A stretch of 64,000 nt of DNA. Origin: an uncultured delta proteobacterium. Lineage in GTDB: Bacteria; Myxococcota_A; UBA9160; SMWR01. The stretch covers positions 416,001 to 480,000 of the forward strand of contig CAWHTE010000004.1 of assembly GCA_963832165.1 (NCBI GenBank), given 5' to 3'. Of the stretch, positions 8,455-17,254 are shown in pieces (the first letter of the stretch is position 1; each line of letters starts with the position of its first letter). Position numbers and translations under genes: made by a program. A model generated the notes under the pieces. That model did not search any database. It had not been told where the DNA came from and worked only from the letters and a program-made list of their open reading frames with translations.

Positions 8455-9617
8455 TACGCGAGCTCCTCGAACACCTCCGCCTCGTGCTCGCCGAGGCGCG
8501 GCGCGCGGCGGCGGATCCGCACCGCGCGGTCCTCGGTCCTCGCGAAGAAGTCGGGCAGCTCGAGCGAGGCGCCGAGCTCGGGCAGCTCGACGGTCGTGAA
8601 CAGCTCCCGTTCGCGAAGCTGGGCGTGCTCGAGGATCTCTCGTGCGTCGTTGCAGGGCGCGAGCAGGATCCGGCGCTTGAGCGCCTGCTCGTAGAGCTCG
8701 CGCATCGTGTGCGTGGCGAAGAATGCCGCGAACGCTCCCTCGAGCCGCGCGATCTCCTCGTCGCTGAGCACGTTGTGGTTGTAGTGCTCCCAGTCGTAGT
8801 CGCGCAGCCAGTCGGGTGCGGCGCCGGACTCCTCCATGAGCGCGACGGTCGCGATCAGGTTCTTCACGCGCGTGGGTCCGCCGCGCAGCCCGAACGACAC
8901 GTAGCCGTCGGCCGCGCGCCAGATCTCGCGCGTGCGCCCGATCTGGGGGCCCGCGCGCACCGCCTCCGTCTTGCGCAGCGGGTACTGCGCGGGAAACGAG
9001 AGCAGCGACTGAAGCTGGGTCTCGTGCAGCGATACGTCGACGATCTGTCCGCGGCCGGTCTCTTCGCGCGCATGGAGCGCCATCGCGACGCCGAGCGCGG
9101 CCTCGGGCGCAGCGTGGTAGTAGGCGGTAGGCATGCTGCAGCGCAGCGGCGCGCGGTCGGGATCGCCCGTGAGGTTCGCGTTGCCGCCCATCGCGACGAC
9201 GACCAGGTCGCTCGCGCGGTAGTTCGCGTAGGGGCCGCTCTGGCCGAACGGCGTGATCGCGCAGACGATCAGGCGCGGGTGACGATCGCGCAGGCTCTGG
9301 GGGTCGAAGCCATTGCGCGCACCGGGGCCCGCCGTGTCGAGCCAGACGTCCGCACGTGCGGCCAGTGCATCGAGCCGCTCGCGACCGGCCGGCGACTCGA
9401 GATCGAGCCGGATGCTGCACTTGCTCGTGTTGAGAGCGTGCCAGGCGAGGCTGCGCTCGATTCCGGGCGCCCCACCGATCCACGGCCCGCGCCGTCGCAG
9501 CGCCTTGCCCTCGGGCGGCTCGACCGCGATCACGTCGGCGCCGAGGTCGCCGAGGATCTTCGCGGCGAGCTGACCGGACTCGTCGCAGAGGTCGAGGACG
9601 CGGATGCCGTCGAGCAT
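8454..9617 (-). CDS. Family III (CaiB/BaiF) CoA-transferase, partner subunit
   Basis: MLDGIRVLDL, LGDLGADVIAVEPPEG, ITPFGQSGPY, GRGQIVDVS, APRLGEH. Confidence 0.9.
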   Translation of the reverse strand: MLDGIRVLDLCDESGQLAAKILGDLGADVIAVEPPEGKALRRRGPWIGGAPGIERSLAWHALNTSKCSIRLDLESPAGRERLDALAARADVWLDTAGPGARNGFDPQSLRDRHPRLIVCAITPFGQSGPYANYRASDLVVVAMGGNANLTGDPDRAPLRCSMPTAYYHAAPEAALGVAMALHAREETGRGQIVDVSLHETQLQSLLSFPAQYPLRKTEAVRAGPQIGRTREIWRAADGYVSFGLRGGPTRVKNLIATVALMEESGAAPDWLRDYDWEHYNHNVLSDEEIARLEGAFAAFFATHTMRELYEQALKRRILLAPCNDAREILEHAQLRERELFTTVELPELGASLELPDFFARTEDRAVRIRRRAPRLGEHEAEVFEELA

Positions 9618-9627
9618 GGGGGTCGCC

Positions 9628-9635
9628 AGTATAAT
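9628..9635. promoter_or_regulatory. Overlapping bidirectional -10 elements (TATAAT on +, TATACT on -)
   Basis: AGTATAAT lies in a 28-bp divergent gap, each hexamer 10 nt from an ATG; no SD on either side. Confidence 0.6.
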
Positions 9636-9645
9636 CGCGGCCCAG

Positions 9646-10482
9646 ATGAAGATTGGCATCACGATGTTCGCGACCGACCTGGCGATGAGTCCGGTCGAGC
9701 TCGCGCGCGAGGCCGAGGCGCGCGGATTCCATTCGCTCTACGTCCCCGAGCACACGCACATCCCCACGAGCCGGCGCACGCCCCCGCCGACCGGCGGCGA
9801 CGTGCTCGGGGAGGAGTACAAGCGCGCGCTCGACCCGTACATCGCGCTCGCGGCGGCCTCGTCGGTGACCTCGCAGATTCGACTCGGCACGGGGATCGGG
9901 CTCGTGGCGCAGCACGATCCGATCACGCTCGCGAAGGAGCTCGCCACGCTCGACCTGCTCTCGGGCGGGCGGCTCGTGCTCGGGATCGGCTACGGCTGGA
10001 ACCACGAGGAGATGGAGAACCACGGCATCGACGTGAAGCGGCGTCGCGAGCGCGTGCGCGAGACGATGCTCGCGATGCAGGCGCTCTGGACGCAGGAGGT
10101 CGCGTCTTTCCACGGCGAGTTCGTGCAGTTCGAGCCGAGCTGGCAATGGCCCAAACCGATCCAGCAGCCGCGACCGCGCGTTCTGCTCGGCGGCGCGCCG
10201 GGTCCCACGCTGTTCCGACACATCGCGGAGTATGGCGACGGCTGGCTGCCGATCGGCGGGGCAGGGCTCGCCGCCGCGCTCGAGCAGCTGCGCGGAGCGG
10301 TCGCGGCCGCGGGACGCGACCCCGCCGCTCTCCACATCGTGCCGATGGGAGTTCTCCCGAGCGCCGAGAAGCTCGACTACTACCGCGAGCATGGGGTCAC
10401 CGAATCGGTGCTGCGCGTCCCTTCGGCGCCGCGCGACACCGTGATGCCGGTGCTCGACGAGTTCGCCCGGAAGTATCTGTAG
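9646..10482 (+). CDS. LLM-class (probably F420-dependent) oxidoreductase
   Basis: MKIGITMF, YVPEHTHIP, LDPYIALA, IRLGTG, TLDLLSGGRLVLGIGYGW, PKPIQQPRP. Confidence 0.92.
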   Translation: MKIGITMFATDLAMSPVELAREAEARGFHSLYVPEHTHIPTSRRTPPPTGGDVLGEEYKRALDPYIALAAASSVTSQIRLGTGIGLVAQHDPITLAKELATLDLLSGGRLVLGIGYGWNHEEMENHGIDVKRRRERVRETMLAMQALWTQEVASFHGEFVQFEPSWQWPKPIQQPRPRVLLGGAPGPTLFRHIAEYGDGWLPIGGAGLAAALEQLRGAVAAAGRDPAALHIVPMGVLPSAEKLDYYREHGVTESVLRVPSAPRDTVMPVLDEFARKYL

Positions 10483-10485
10483 GGG

Positions 10486-10971
10486 TCAGCTGCGCCGGCG
10501 CTTCCGCGTGCGCGCGGCCTTGCGGGCCGCGGCGCGGCGGCCGGCCGCGCCCTTGGTCCGCGACGCCTTGCGAGCGGCACGGCGGCGGGCCGTCGGCCCG
10601 CGCTTGCGCGCGGAGCTCTTCGCCTGGCGTGCGAGCGCGGAGCGCGACGCCGTACTGTGTCGCTCGCGCCGGAGCCAGGCGAGCACGGCGCTGCCGCGTC
10701 TTCGCGACGGCTTCTTGCCCGCGCGTTTGGCAGCACTGCGCGCGCTCTTGCGCGTGCGAGCGGAGGCGCGCTTCGGTACGCGGAGCTTCACGCCCGCGCG
10801 GCGCGCCTTGGAGAGGCCGATCGCAATCGCCTGCTTCGTCGATCGCGCACCGTGCTTGCCCTCGCGGATGTGATGAATCTCCTCGCGCACGAACTCGCCG
10901 GCTTGGCTGCTCGGCGACTTGCCCTGTCGGCGGGCCTTGCGGGCCCGCTTCAATGTCCGGGTCTCCGGCAT
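10486..10971 (-). CDS. DUF6496-type small, very basic protein
   Basis: QAGEFVREEIHHIREGKHGARSTKQAIAIGLSKARRAGV followed by an Arg/Lys/Ala tail; AGGAGG RBS. Confidence 0.85.
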   Translation of the reverse strand: MPETRTLKRARKARRQGKSPSSQAGEFVREEIHHIREGKHGARSTKQAIAIGLSKARRAGVKLRVPKRASARTRKSARSAAKRAGKKPSRRRGSAVLAWLRRERHSTASRSALARQAKSSARKRGPTARRRAARKASRTKGAAGRRAAARKAARTRKRRRS

Positions 10972-11003
10972 GAGATCCTCCTTGCGGCGCTGCTCGATAT
11001 TTG

Positions 11004-11019
11004 TGCAAGGCGCGTGCCA
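11004..11019 (-). promoter_or_regulatory. Sigma-54 (-24/-12) promoter for the DUF6496 gene
   Basis: Minus strand TGGCACGCGCCTTGCA: exact GG-N10-GC spacing. Confidence 0.75.
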
Positions 11020-11035
11020 GCGCGATCATCCTCCC

Positions 11036-11603
11036 ATGGCAATTCTTGCCACGCAGACGCTGCGCGAAGCCGCGGCAATCTCATCATGTGGATATGAAGG
11101 ATGCCGGCGTGGACGCGGACGCCGACGCGCGCTGGGTTCGGATCCGGATCGGTCCGATTCCGTTCGCGTATCCGAACACGAAGGCGCGCAAGCGCCTCGT
11201 GCTCGCGCACGACCTGCAGCATCTGCTGACCGGCTATGGGACCGATCTGATCGGTGAAGCGGAGCTGGGCGCTTGGGAGCTCGGAACCGGAGTGCGCGAT
11301 CGCAGCGGGTGCGTTATGCGATCCGCGTGTTCGGGTTCATGCTGCCGCGCTCGCCTGCGCGACTGCGCCGAGCGTTCGTGCGTGGGCGCCACTGCCGGAA
11401 CCTGCTTGGGCATCGGCTCGACGCCGCCGCGCTGTCGCGCACGGTCTCCGACTTGCGCCGAGAACTCGGGCTCGATCGAACCGTTCCCGGATGCGACCGC
11501 GGAAGACCTGCGCGAGTGGCGCCGCTGGGCCGCGAAGGCGATCGCGGTGGTCTGGGGCCCGATCATCCCGATCGCCGCGATCACGTGGTGGTGGCTCTCG
11601 TAA
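11036..11603 (+). pseudogene. Frameshifted Coq4-like/HDxxH hypothetical protein (pseudogene or sequencing indels)
   Basis: Coherent protein over three frame switches (~11070, ~11310, ~11487): MAILATQTLRE / GPIPFAYPNT..HDLQHLLTGYGTDLIGEAELGAWEL / AFVRGRHCRNL..TVSDLRRELGL / C-terminal TM segment. Confidence 0.65.
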
Positions 11604-11616
11604 TCGTCCGTCCTCG

Positions 11617-12150
11617 TCAGCGCTTGCGGGGGCTGCCCGAGCGGATCGGAATCACGTTGCGCAGCTGCTCGGCGGGGAACGCCTCGCCGCGCACGAAAGC
11701 GGCGATCCCGGCATCGATCAGGCCGAAGAACGCCTCGAGGTGTGCGAGGCGCTGCTCGATCTCCGGCGATGCCCCGGCGCGCGCCTCCGCGGCGGCCGCG
11801 CGCGCGTCGGCGACGGCCGTCAGTACCTGGCGCACCGTCCAGCGGAAGCGACGCTCGAAGATCTCCTGCATCGCGCGGAAGAAGTCGGTCGCGGCCTGAT
11901 AGTGATCGCGGCGCGAGCCCGGCACCGGTTGCCGGCGGACCAGGTGCCACTCGACGAGCGCGCGGATGTTGAGCGAGACGTTGCTCTTGCTCTGGCTCAG
12001 CTCGGCGGCGATCTCCTCGAGCGAGAGCGGCCGCTCGCTCAGGTAGAGGAGCCCGAAGATGCGCGCCTGCTGCTGCGAGAGGATTCCCGATGCGGCGGCG
12101 GCCGCGCCGAGTCCGTCGGTGAGTGTGCCGGCCACGCGATCCATGTTCAC
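11617..12150 (-). CDS. GbsR/MarR-family transcriptional regulator
   Basis: ARIFGLLYLSERPLSLEEIAAELSQSKSNVSLNIRAL..W.LVRR..VPGSRRDHY; start overlaps the nnrU stop. Confidence 0.88.
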   Translation of the reverse strand: MNMDRVAGTLTDGLGAAAAASGILSQQQARIFGLLYLSERPLSLEEIAAELSQSKSNVSLNIRALVEWHLVRRQPVPGSRRDHYQAATDFFRAMQEIFERRFRWTVRQVLTAVADARAAAAEARAGASPEIEQRLAHLEAFFGLIDAGIAAFVRGEAFPAEQLRNVIPIRSGSPRKR

Positions 12151-12941
12151 CCCATTGCGCTCGTCGGGTCGGGGCGGTGCGCGTGCCGAGCTCGTCTGCG
12201 GTCGTCGAACAGGACGACGAGCGGTCCGACCACGAGCGCCGCGATCAGCCACGCTCCCCCGTCGGCGAACAGGTGATCGTGCAGCGCGCGGAGCGCGACC
12301 GTGAGCCCGAGGCCGAGCAGCATCGCCCGATAGGGCAGCTCCGACGGCACCAGGCGCTGCCGACCCGCGACGATCGCCGCAAACGGGAGGATGGAGCTCT
12401 CCGCGGCGAACCGCGCGTACGAGTCGCCGCGCAGCACCGCGAGTTTCTCGTCCTGGAGCCTGGCTCCGATCAGTGAGTACACGCCGAGGATCCCCATGAA
12501 GACCGCGCCGACCGCGCGCGTGGCGAGCAGCGCGTGCGCGATGCCGAGCAGAGCGGTGCCGACGAAGAAGGGATGGCGCGTCACGCGTTCGAGCCCGCGC
12601 GGTCCGCGCTCCTGCTGTCTACTGAACGCGAAGGGAGAGGTCGGATAGCCCGCGAACGCCCCGCTCATCAGCGCGATGCCTAGCGCGATCATCGCGACGA
12701 GTGCCGCGCGCGCCGCGCCGTGCGTTCCGAGTCCGGGCCCGGCCGGTCCTTCGCCCGCGTGCGCGGCGTAGACGGACACGCCGAGACCGAACGTGAGCCA
12801 GGCGACCAGCGAAAACGAGATCGTGAAGCCCATCGGGCCCAGGCGCGCGATCAGGCGCTGCCGCAGCGGAGGCCAGGCGAGCCCGAGGTGAGTGAGGACG
12901 AAGGGTGCAAGCGAGATCGCGACGGCGAGAACCGGGTGCAT
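12147..12941 (-). CDS. nnrU: NnrU-family membrane protein
   Basis: THLGLA..PLRQRLIARLG..GF, GLERVTRHPFFVG..AHAL, QDEK; GGAGG RBS. Confidence 0.8.
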   Translation of the reverse strand: MHPVLAVAISLAPFVLTHLGLAWPPLRQRLIARLGPMGFTISFSLVAWLTFGLGVSVYAAHAGEGPAGPGLGTHGAARAALVAMIALGIALMSGAFAGYPTSPFAFSRQQERGPRGLERVTRHPFFVGTALLGIAHALLATRAVGAVFMGILGVYSLIGARLQDEKLAVLRGDSYARFAAESSILPFAAIVAGRQRLVPSELPYRAMLLGLGLTVALRALHDHLFADGGAWLIAALVVGPLVVLFDDRRRARHAHRPDPTSAMG

Positions 12942-12970
12942 GGCAGACCTCCGGGCGCGCTGTTCATACC

Positions 12971-12996
12971 GAACGTTTAATATATTCTGCACGTTC
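12971..12996. promoter_or_regulatory. AT-rich promoter with inverted repeat (candidate GbsR-type operator)
   Basis: GAACGT-N14-ACGTTC around TTAATATATT, upstream of the nnrU-regulator pair. Confidence 0.45.
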
Positions 12997-13017
12997 TGGC
13001 AAGTTGGCGACTCGGAA

Positions 13018-13968
13018 TCAAGGCGCGAACCCGGGCGCCTCCACGACCGGAATCACCTCGGCCGCGAGACGATCGACCTGGTCGAACACCTCGCGCGTGC
13101 CGCGCGCGAGTGGGATCAGCACGTACTTGCTCGCGCCCGCCGCGATCGTGCGGCGCAGCCGCTCGATCAGGTCCACGGCCGCCCCGACGGCGATCGGCGG
13201 CTCGTCACCCGCTGCGAAGCCACGCGCGCGCAGCGCACCCGCGAATCGCGACACGGCCGGATCGTCGGCGGTGCCGAAATGAAATAGCAGTGTTGCACCG
13301 TAGTGGTCGGCGTCGATCGAGCGTCCCGTCGTCGCGAGCTCGTCGCGGATCGCGCGGATCACCGGGCCGATCTGATCGGGCGGCATCAGGCCGCCGAGCC
13401 AGCCCGTGCCGATTCGCGCCGTGCGGCGGATCGCCGCGGGGCTGTGGCCCCCGATCCAGAGCGGGAGCGGCTGCTGCACCGGGAGCGGCGCGATCTGCGC
13501 GCCCTCCCATTGAAAGTGCTTCCCTGCGAACGTCACCTTCTCGCCCGCCCACAGCCGGCTCATCAGCTCGAGCGATTCGTCGGCGCGGCGGCCGCGCTGC
13601 TTCGGGTCGCGCCCCGTCGCGCGCCAGGTCGGATCGTTCTCGCTGCCCACACCAAACACGGGCAGGAGCCGTCCGCCCGAGAGGTAATCGATCGTCGCGC
13701 ACTGCTTCGCGAGCAGAAGCGGGTCGCGGTGCGATACGACCACCGCGTTCATCCCGAACTTGAGCCGCGACGTCGCGCCCGCGAGCGCGGCCATCGCCGA
13801 CATCGATTCGAGCTGGGGATCGGCGCCGATCAGGCGGTCGCTCTGCCAGAGCGAGTCGACGCCCGCCGCTTCGCAGCGTTCGGCAAGCGCGAAGAAATCG
13901 CGCGCGGCGTCGAAGCTGAAGCCGGCCGTGCCGACGCCGATGCGGACCTTCAGCGGCGGATCGGTCAC
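13018..13968 (-). CDS. LLM-class flavin-dependent oxidoreductase
   Basis: GVDSLWQSDR, ALAGATSRLKFG, CATIDYLSGGRL, PVQQPLPLWIGG; GTGA overlap with the upstream gene. Confidence 0.9.
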   Translation of the reverse strand: MTDPPLKVRIGVGTAGFSFDAARDFFALAERCEAAGVDSLWQSDRLIGADPQLESMSAMAALAGATSRLKFGMNAVVVSHRDPLLLAKQCATIDYLSGGRLLPVFGVGSENDPTWRATGRDPKQRGRRADESLELMSRLWAGEKVTFAGKHFQWEGAQIAPLPVQQPLPLWIGGHSPAAIRRTARIGTGWLGGLMPPDQIGPVIRAIRDELATTGRSIDADHYGATLLFHFGTADDPAVSRFAGALRARGFAAGDEPPIAVGAAVDLIERLRRTIAAGASKYVLIPLARGTREVFDQVDRLAAEVIPVVEAPGFAP

Positions 13969-14888
13969 CGCAGCGGCCGCAGCAGCTGATCCCCGAACTT
14001 GGCGACCGTGTCGCAGTATTCCGCGCGCGTGCGCGCGTGCGGCAGCGAGATCGTCACCCAGGTGACGCCGCGCTCGCGCAGCCCCTCGATGTTCGACTCG
14101 AACTCGGCCGGGTCGATCGTCTCGGGCGCGTGCATCGAGAGTCCGAACGGCACGAACGTGACGTCGAGGGCGCGCGTGCGGCCGATCTTGTCCGCGTAGT
14201 CGCGCGCGTAGCGCAGCCGCGCGTCGAAATCGGCCATGCTCGTGATCTCGGCCGTGCGCACGCGCTCCTTCACGATCCCGACCGTCGGGAACGGGATCCA
14301 GCCGTCGCCGAGCTCGACCGCGCGACGGATCGCGCGTTCGCTGTTGCCGCCGACCCAGATCGGCGGGTGCGGCTTCTGGATCGGGCGCGGGAGCTGTGTG
14401 TTGCCCGTCGCCGCGAAGTGTCGCCCGATCAGCTCGACGCCGTCCTCGGTCCACGCGCGCTTCATCGCGCGGATCGTCTCGTCGGCGACGTCGTTGCGCG
14501 CGTCGAAGTCGGCGCCGAGCGCCTGGAACTCGCGCTTCAAATAGCCCGCGGCCACGCCCAGGATCAGCCGGCCGCCCGACAGCACGTCGAGCGTGCTGGC
14601 GGCCTTCGCGAGGATGAACGGGTTGCGGTAGCCGAGCACGGTGATGTTGGTCTGCACGCGCAGCGTGCTCGTGGCGGCCGCCGCGAACGCGAGCGCCACG
14701 AACGGATCGAGCGCGTGGTGACCGCCGCTCGCGAGCCAGCGGTCGTTCGGGAACGGGTGGTCGGTGACGAAGCACGCGTCGAAGCCGGCCGCCTCGACCG
14801 CGTGCGCCATGTCCGAGATCGCGCGCGCACCGACGAACTCGTCGCCCTGGGAAACCCGGTCAGTGGGAAGCTGGATCGAGAAGCGCAT
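13965..14888 (-). CDS. LLM-class F420-dependent oxidoreductase
   Basis: GFDACFVTDHP, LDPFVALA, YRNPFILAK..TLDVLSGGRL, PRPIQKPHPPIWVGG. Confidence 0.92.
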   Translation of the reverse strand: MRFSIQLPTDRVSQGDEFVGARAISDMAHAVEAAGFDACFVTDHPFPNDRWLASGGHHALDPFVALAFAAAATSTLRVQTNITVLGYRNPFILAKAASTLDVLSGGRLILGVAAGYLKREFQALGADFDARNDVADETIRAMKRAWTEDGVELIGRHFAATGNTQLPRPIQKPHPPIWVGGNSERAIRRAVELGDGWIPFPTVGIVKERVRTAEITSMADFDARLRYARDYADKIGRTRALDVTFVPFGLSMHAPETIDPAEFESNIEGLRERGVTWVTISLPHARTRAEYCDTVAKFGDQLLRPLR

Positions 14889-15066
14889 CGCGGCGAGCAA
14901 GATACTCGCACGGCTTGAGAAACGTCAGCCGAATCCGAAACATGCCGGGACGGTGCGCCGCGATCGGCTTGGCAGTCCGCCGGTCCGCTTCTATCGTGTG
15001 GCTCCCCAGAACCCCCCGGACCCGCGAGCGCCCGCTCCCCGCGGTCCCCCCAGCCAGGAGCGCTCC

Positions 15067-16257
15067 GTGGATCTCCGCTACTCCGCCTCCGACGAGGCCT
15101 TCCGCAGGGAGCTGCGCGCCTGGCTCGCCGAAGCCGTGCCCGCGCAGGGGCCGGTGCCCAGCGAGCACGCCGATTGGGAGACGCGCTGCGAGTACGATCA
15201 GTCCTGGCAGCGCAAGCTCTACGAAGCGGGCTATGCGGGCATCAACTGGCCGAAGGAGTACGGCGGCCGCGACGCCTCGCTGACCGAACAGCTCGTCTAC
15301 TACGAAGAGACCGCGCGCGCGCACGCGCCCTACGTCGGCGTCAATTTCGTCGGGCTGCTCCACGGCGGGCCCACGATCATGGCCGAAGGCACGCCGGAAC
15401 AGAAAGAGCGCCACATCGGGCCGATCATCCGCGGCGAGCAGATCTGGTGCCAGGGGTTCTCCGAGCCCACCGCGGGCTCCGACCTCGCGTCGCTCAAGAC
15501 GCGCGCGGTGCGCGACGGCGACCACTACGTCGTGAACGGTCACAAGATCTGGACCTCGTTCGCGCACGTCGCGCACTACTGCGAGCTGCTCGTGCGCACG
15601 AATCCCGACGAGAAGCACCGCGGCATCACCTGGCTCGCGATGCCGATGGACCTCGACGGAATCGAGATCCGTCCGCTGCCGACGCTGCTCGGGGCCGGTG
15701 AATTCTCCGAGATGTTCCTCGAGGACGTGCGCGTGCCGGTGGAGTGCCGCGTGGGCAAGGAGAACGACGGCTGGCGCGTCACGAACGTCACGCTCTCGTT
15801 CGAGCGCGGCACGGCGCTCGCGAGCGACATGGTCAAGCTGCAGGAAGCGCTGCGCACGCTGACCGCGGTGGCGAAGCGGATCACGCGCGACGGTGCCACC
15901 GCCTGGGAAGACCGCGCGCTGCGCCGCGAGATCGGCCATGCGGCCGCGGAGGCCGACGCGCTCTGGGCGCTCGTGAAGTACATGGTGAGCGAAGTGGGCA
16001 AGACGGGCGTACCCGGCATGACCGGCTCGTGCCTCAAGCTCTACTACACCGAGCTCAAGCAGCGGATCGGCGAGCTCTCGATGCGCGCGCTCGGCCGCGC
16101 GACGCTGAGCCGCGAGGACGTCGCGGGGCTGCCGTCGCACGACATCGTGTTCGAGGCGCTCCAGTCGCTCTCGATGACGATTGCCGCGGGATCGTCGCAG
16201 ATCCAGCGCAACATCATCTCCGAACGGATCCTGGGTCTGCCCAAGGAACCGCGCTAG
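15067..16257 (+). CDS. Acyl-CoA dehydrogenase (alpha subunit of a probable alpha2beta2 pair)
   Basis: WCQGFSEPTAGSDLASL, NGHKIWTS, TIAAGSSQIQRNII. Confidence 0.93.
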   Translation: MDLRYSASDEAFRRELRAWLAEAVPAQGPVPSEHADWETRCEYDQSWQRKLYEAGYAGINWPKEYGGRDASLTEQLVYYEETARAHAPYVGVNFVGLLHGGPTIMAEGTPEQKERHIGPIIRGEQIWCQGFSEPTAGSDLASLKTRAVRDGDHYVVNGHKIWTSFAHVAHYCELLVRTNPDEKHRGITWLAMPMDLDGIEIRPLPTLLGAGEFSEMFLEDVRVPVECRVGKENDGWRVTNVTLSFERGTALASDMVKLQEALRTLTAVAKRITRDGATAWEDRALRREIGHAAAEADALWALVKYMVSEVGKTGVPGMTGSCLKLYYTELKQRIGELSMRALGRATLSREDVAGLPSHDIVFEALQSLSMTIAAGSSQIQRNIISERILGLPKEPR

Positions 16258-16264
16258 AGGAACC

Positions 16265-17239
16265 GTGGACTTCCAGCTCAACGAAGATCAGGTGGCGCTG
16301 CGCGCCGGGATCCGGTCATTCTGCGACGGCCGCTTGTCGCTCGACGCGCTGCGCGAGCTCGAGAAGCAGGGCTTCGACCGCGCGCTCTGGGGCGAGCTCG
16401 CCGAGATGGGCGTGTTCGCGCTGCGCCAAAGCGAAGACGCGGGCGGCGTGGGACTCGGCACGGCGGACGCCGTGATCGTGTTCGCGGAGCTGGGTCGGTG
16501 TCTCGCGCCCGGACCGCTCGTGTGGAGTCACCTCGCGGCCGACCTCGTGCCCGGTGCGGGCGCAGGGGAGGTGGTGGTCGGCGGTGTCGAGCAGCTCGCG
16601 GGCAGCGATCTCGTGCTCGTCGAGCACCTCGAGCAGCTCGACGCACTTCTCGTGCTCCGGCGCGACGGCGTGTATCGCGTGGACCCGAAGACGCTCTCGG
16701 CGCGCTCGACCGGCACGCCGCTCGACCCGTTCACGCCGATCTTCCAGGTCGATTCGCTGCCGAAGGGTGACCGGATCGCCGACGCCGCGGCCGGCGCGAA
16801 GCTGCGCCTCGAAGGTGCGGCACTCGCGGCGGGGCTCCTGTTCGGGATCGCCGAGCGCACGCAGGAGCTCGCCACCGAGTACGCGAGGAAGCGCGAGCAG
16901 TTCGACCGCCCGATCGGGAGCTTCCAGGCGATCAAGCACATCCTCGCCGATTGCTACACGCGCCAGGAGATCGCGCGCGCGGCTGCCTACGCGGCCGGCG
17001 GGACGCTCGACGATCCGGAGGTCGGATCGGCGGCGCGCGCCGTGGCCACCGCGAAGGTGATCGCAGGCGACGCCGCGATGAAGAACGCGCGCGCGTGCAT
17101 CCAGGTGCACGGCGGCATGGGATATACCTGGGAGATCCCGGCCCACTTCTATCTGAAGCGCGTGTGGGTGCTCGAGAACGCGTTCGGCGACGGCGCCGAG
17201 CACGCCGAGCAGCTGGCGGAGATCATCGCCGCGGAATAG
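16265..17239 (+). CDS. Acyl-CoA dehydrogenase (short beta subunit)
   Basis: REQFDRPIGSFQAIKH, IQVHGGMGYTWE; truncated middle domain. Confidence 0.9.
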   Translation: MDFQLNEDQVALRAGIRSFCDGRLSLDALRELEKQGFDRALWGELAEMGVFALRQSEDAGGVGLGTADAVIVFAELGRCLAPGPLVWSHLAADLVPGAGAGEVVVGGVEQLAGSDLVLVEHLEQLDALLVLRRDGVYRVDPKTLSARSTGTPLDPFTPIFQVDSLPKGDRIADAAAGAKLRLEGAALAAGLLFGIAERTQELATEYARKREQFDRPIGSFQAIKHILADCYTRQEIARAAAYAAGGTLDDPEVGSAARAVATAKVIAGDAAMKNARACIQVHGGMGYTWEIPAHFYLKRVWVLENAFGDGAEHAEQLAEIIAAE

Positions 17240-17254
17240 GGAGGTTTGCGAGTC

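Noticed and set aside
15001..15056. C-run tract upstream of the ACAD operon (G-quadruplex-like on the minus strand)
   Set aside because: Single occurrence in a very GC-rich genome; no supporting conservation is visible.
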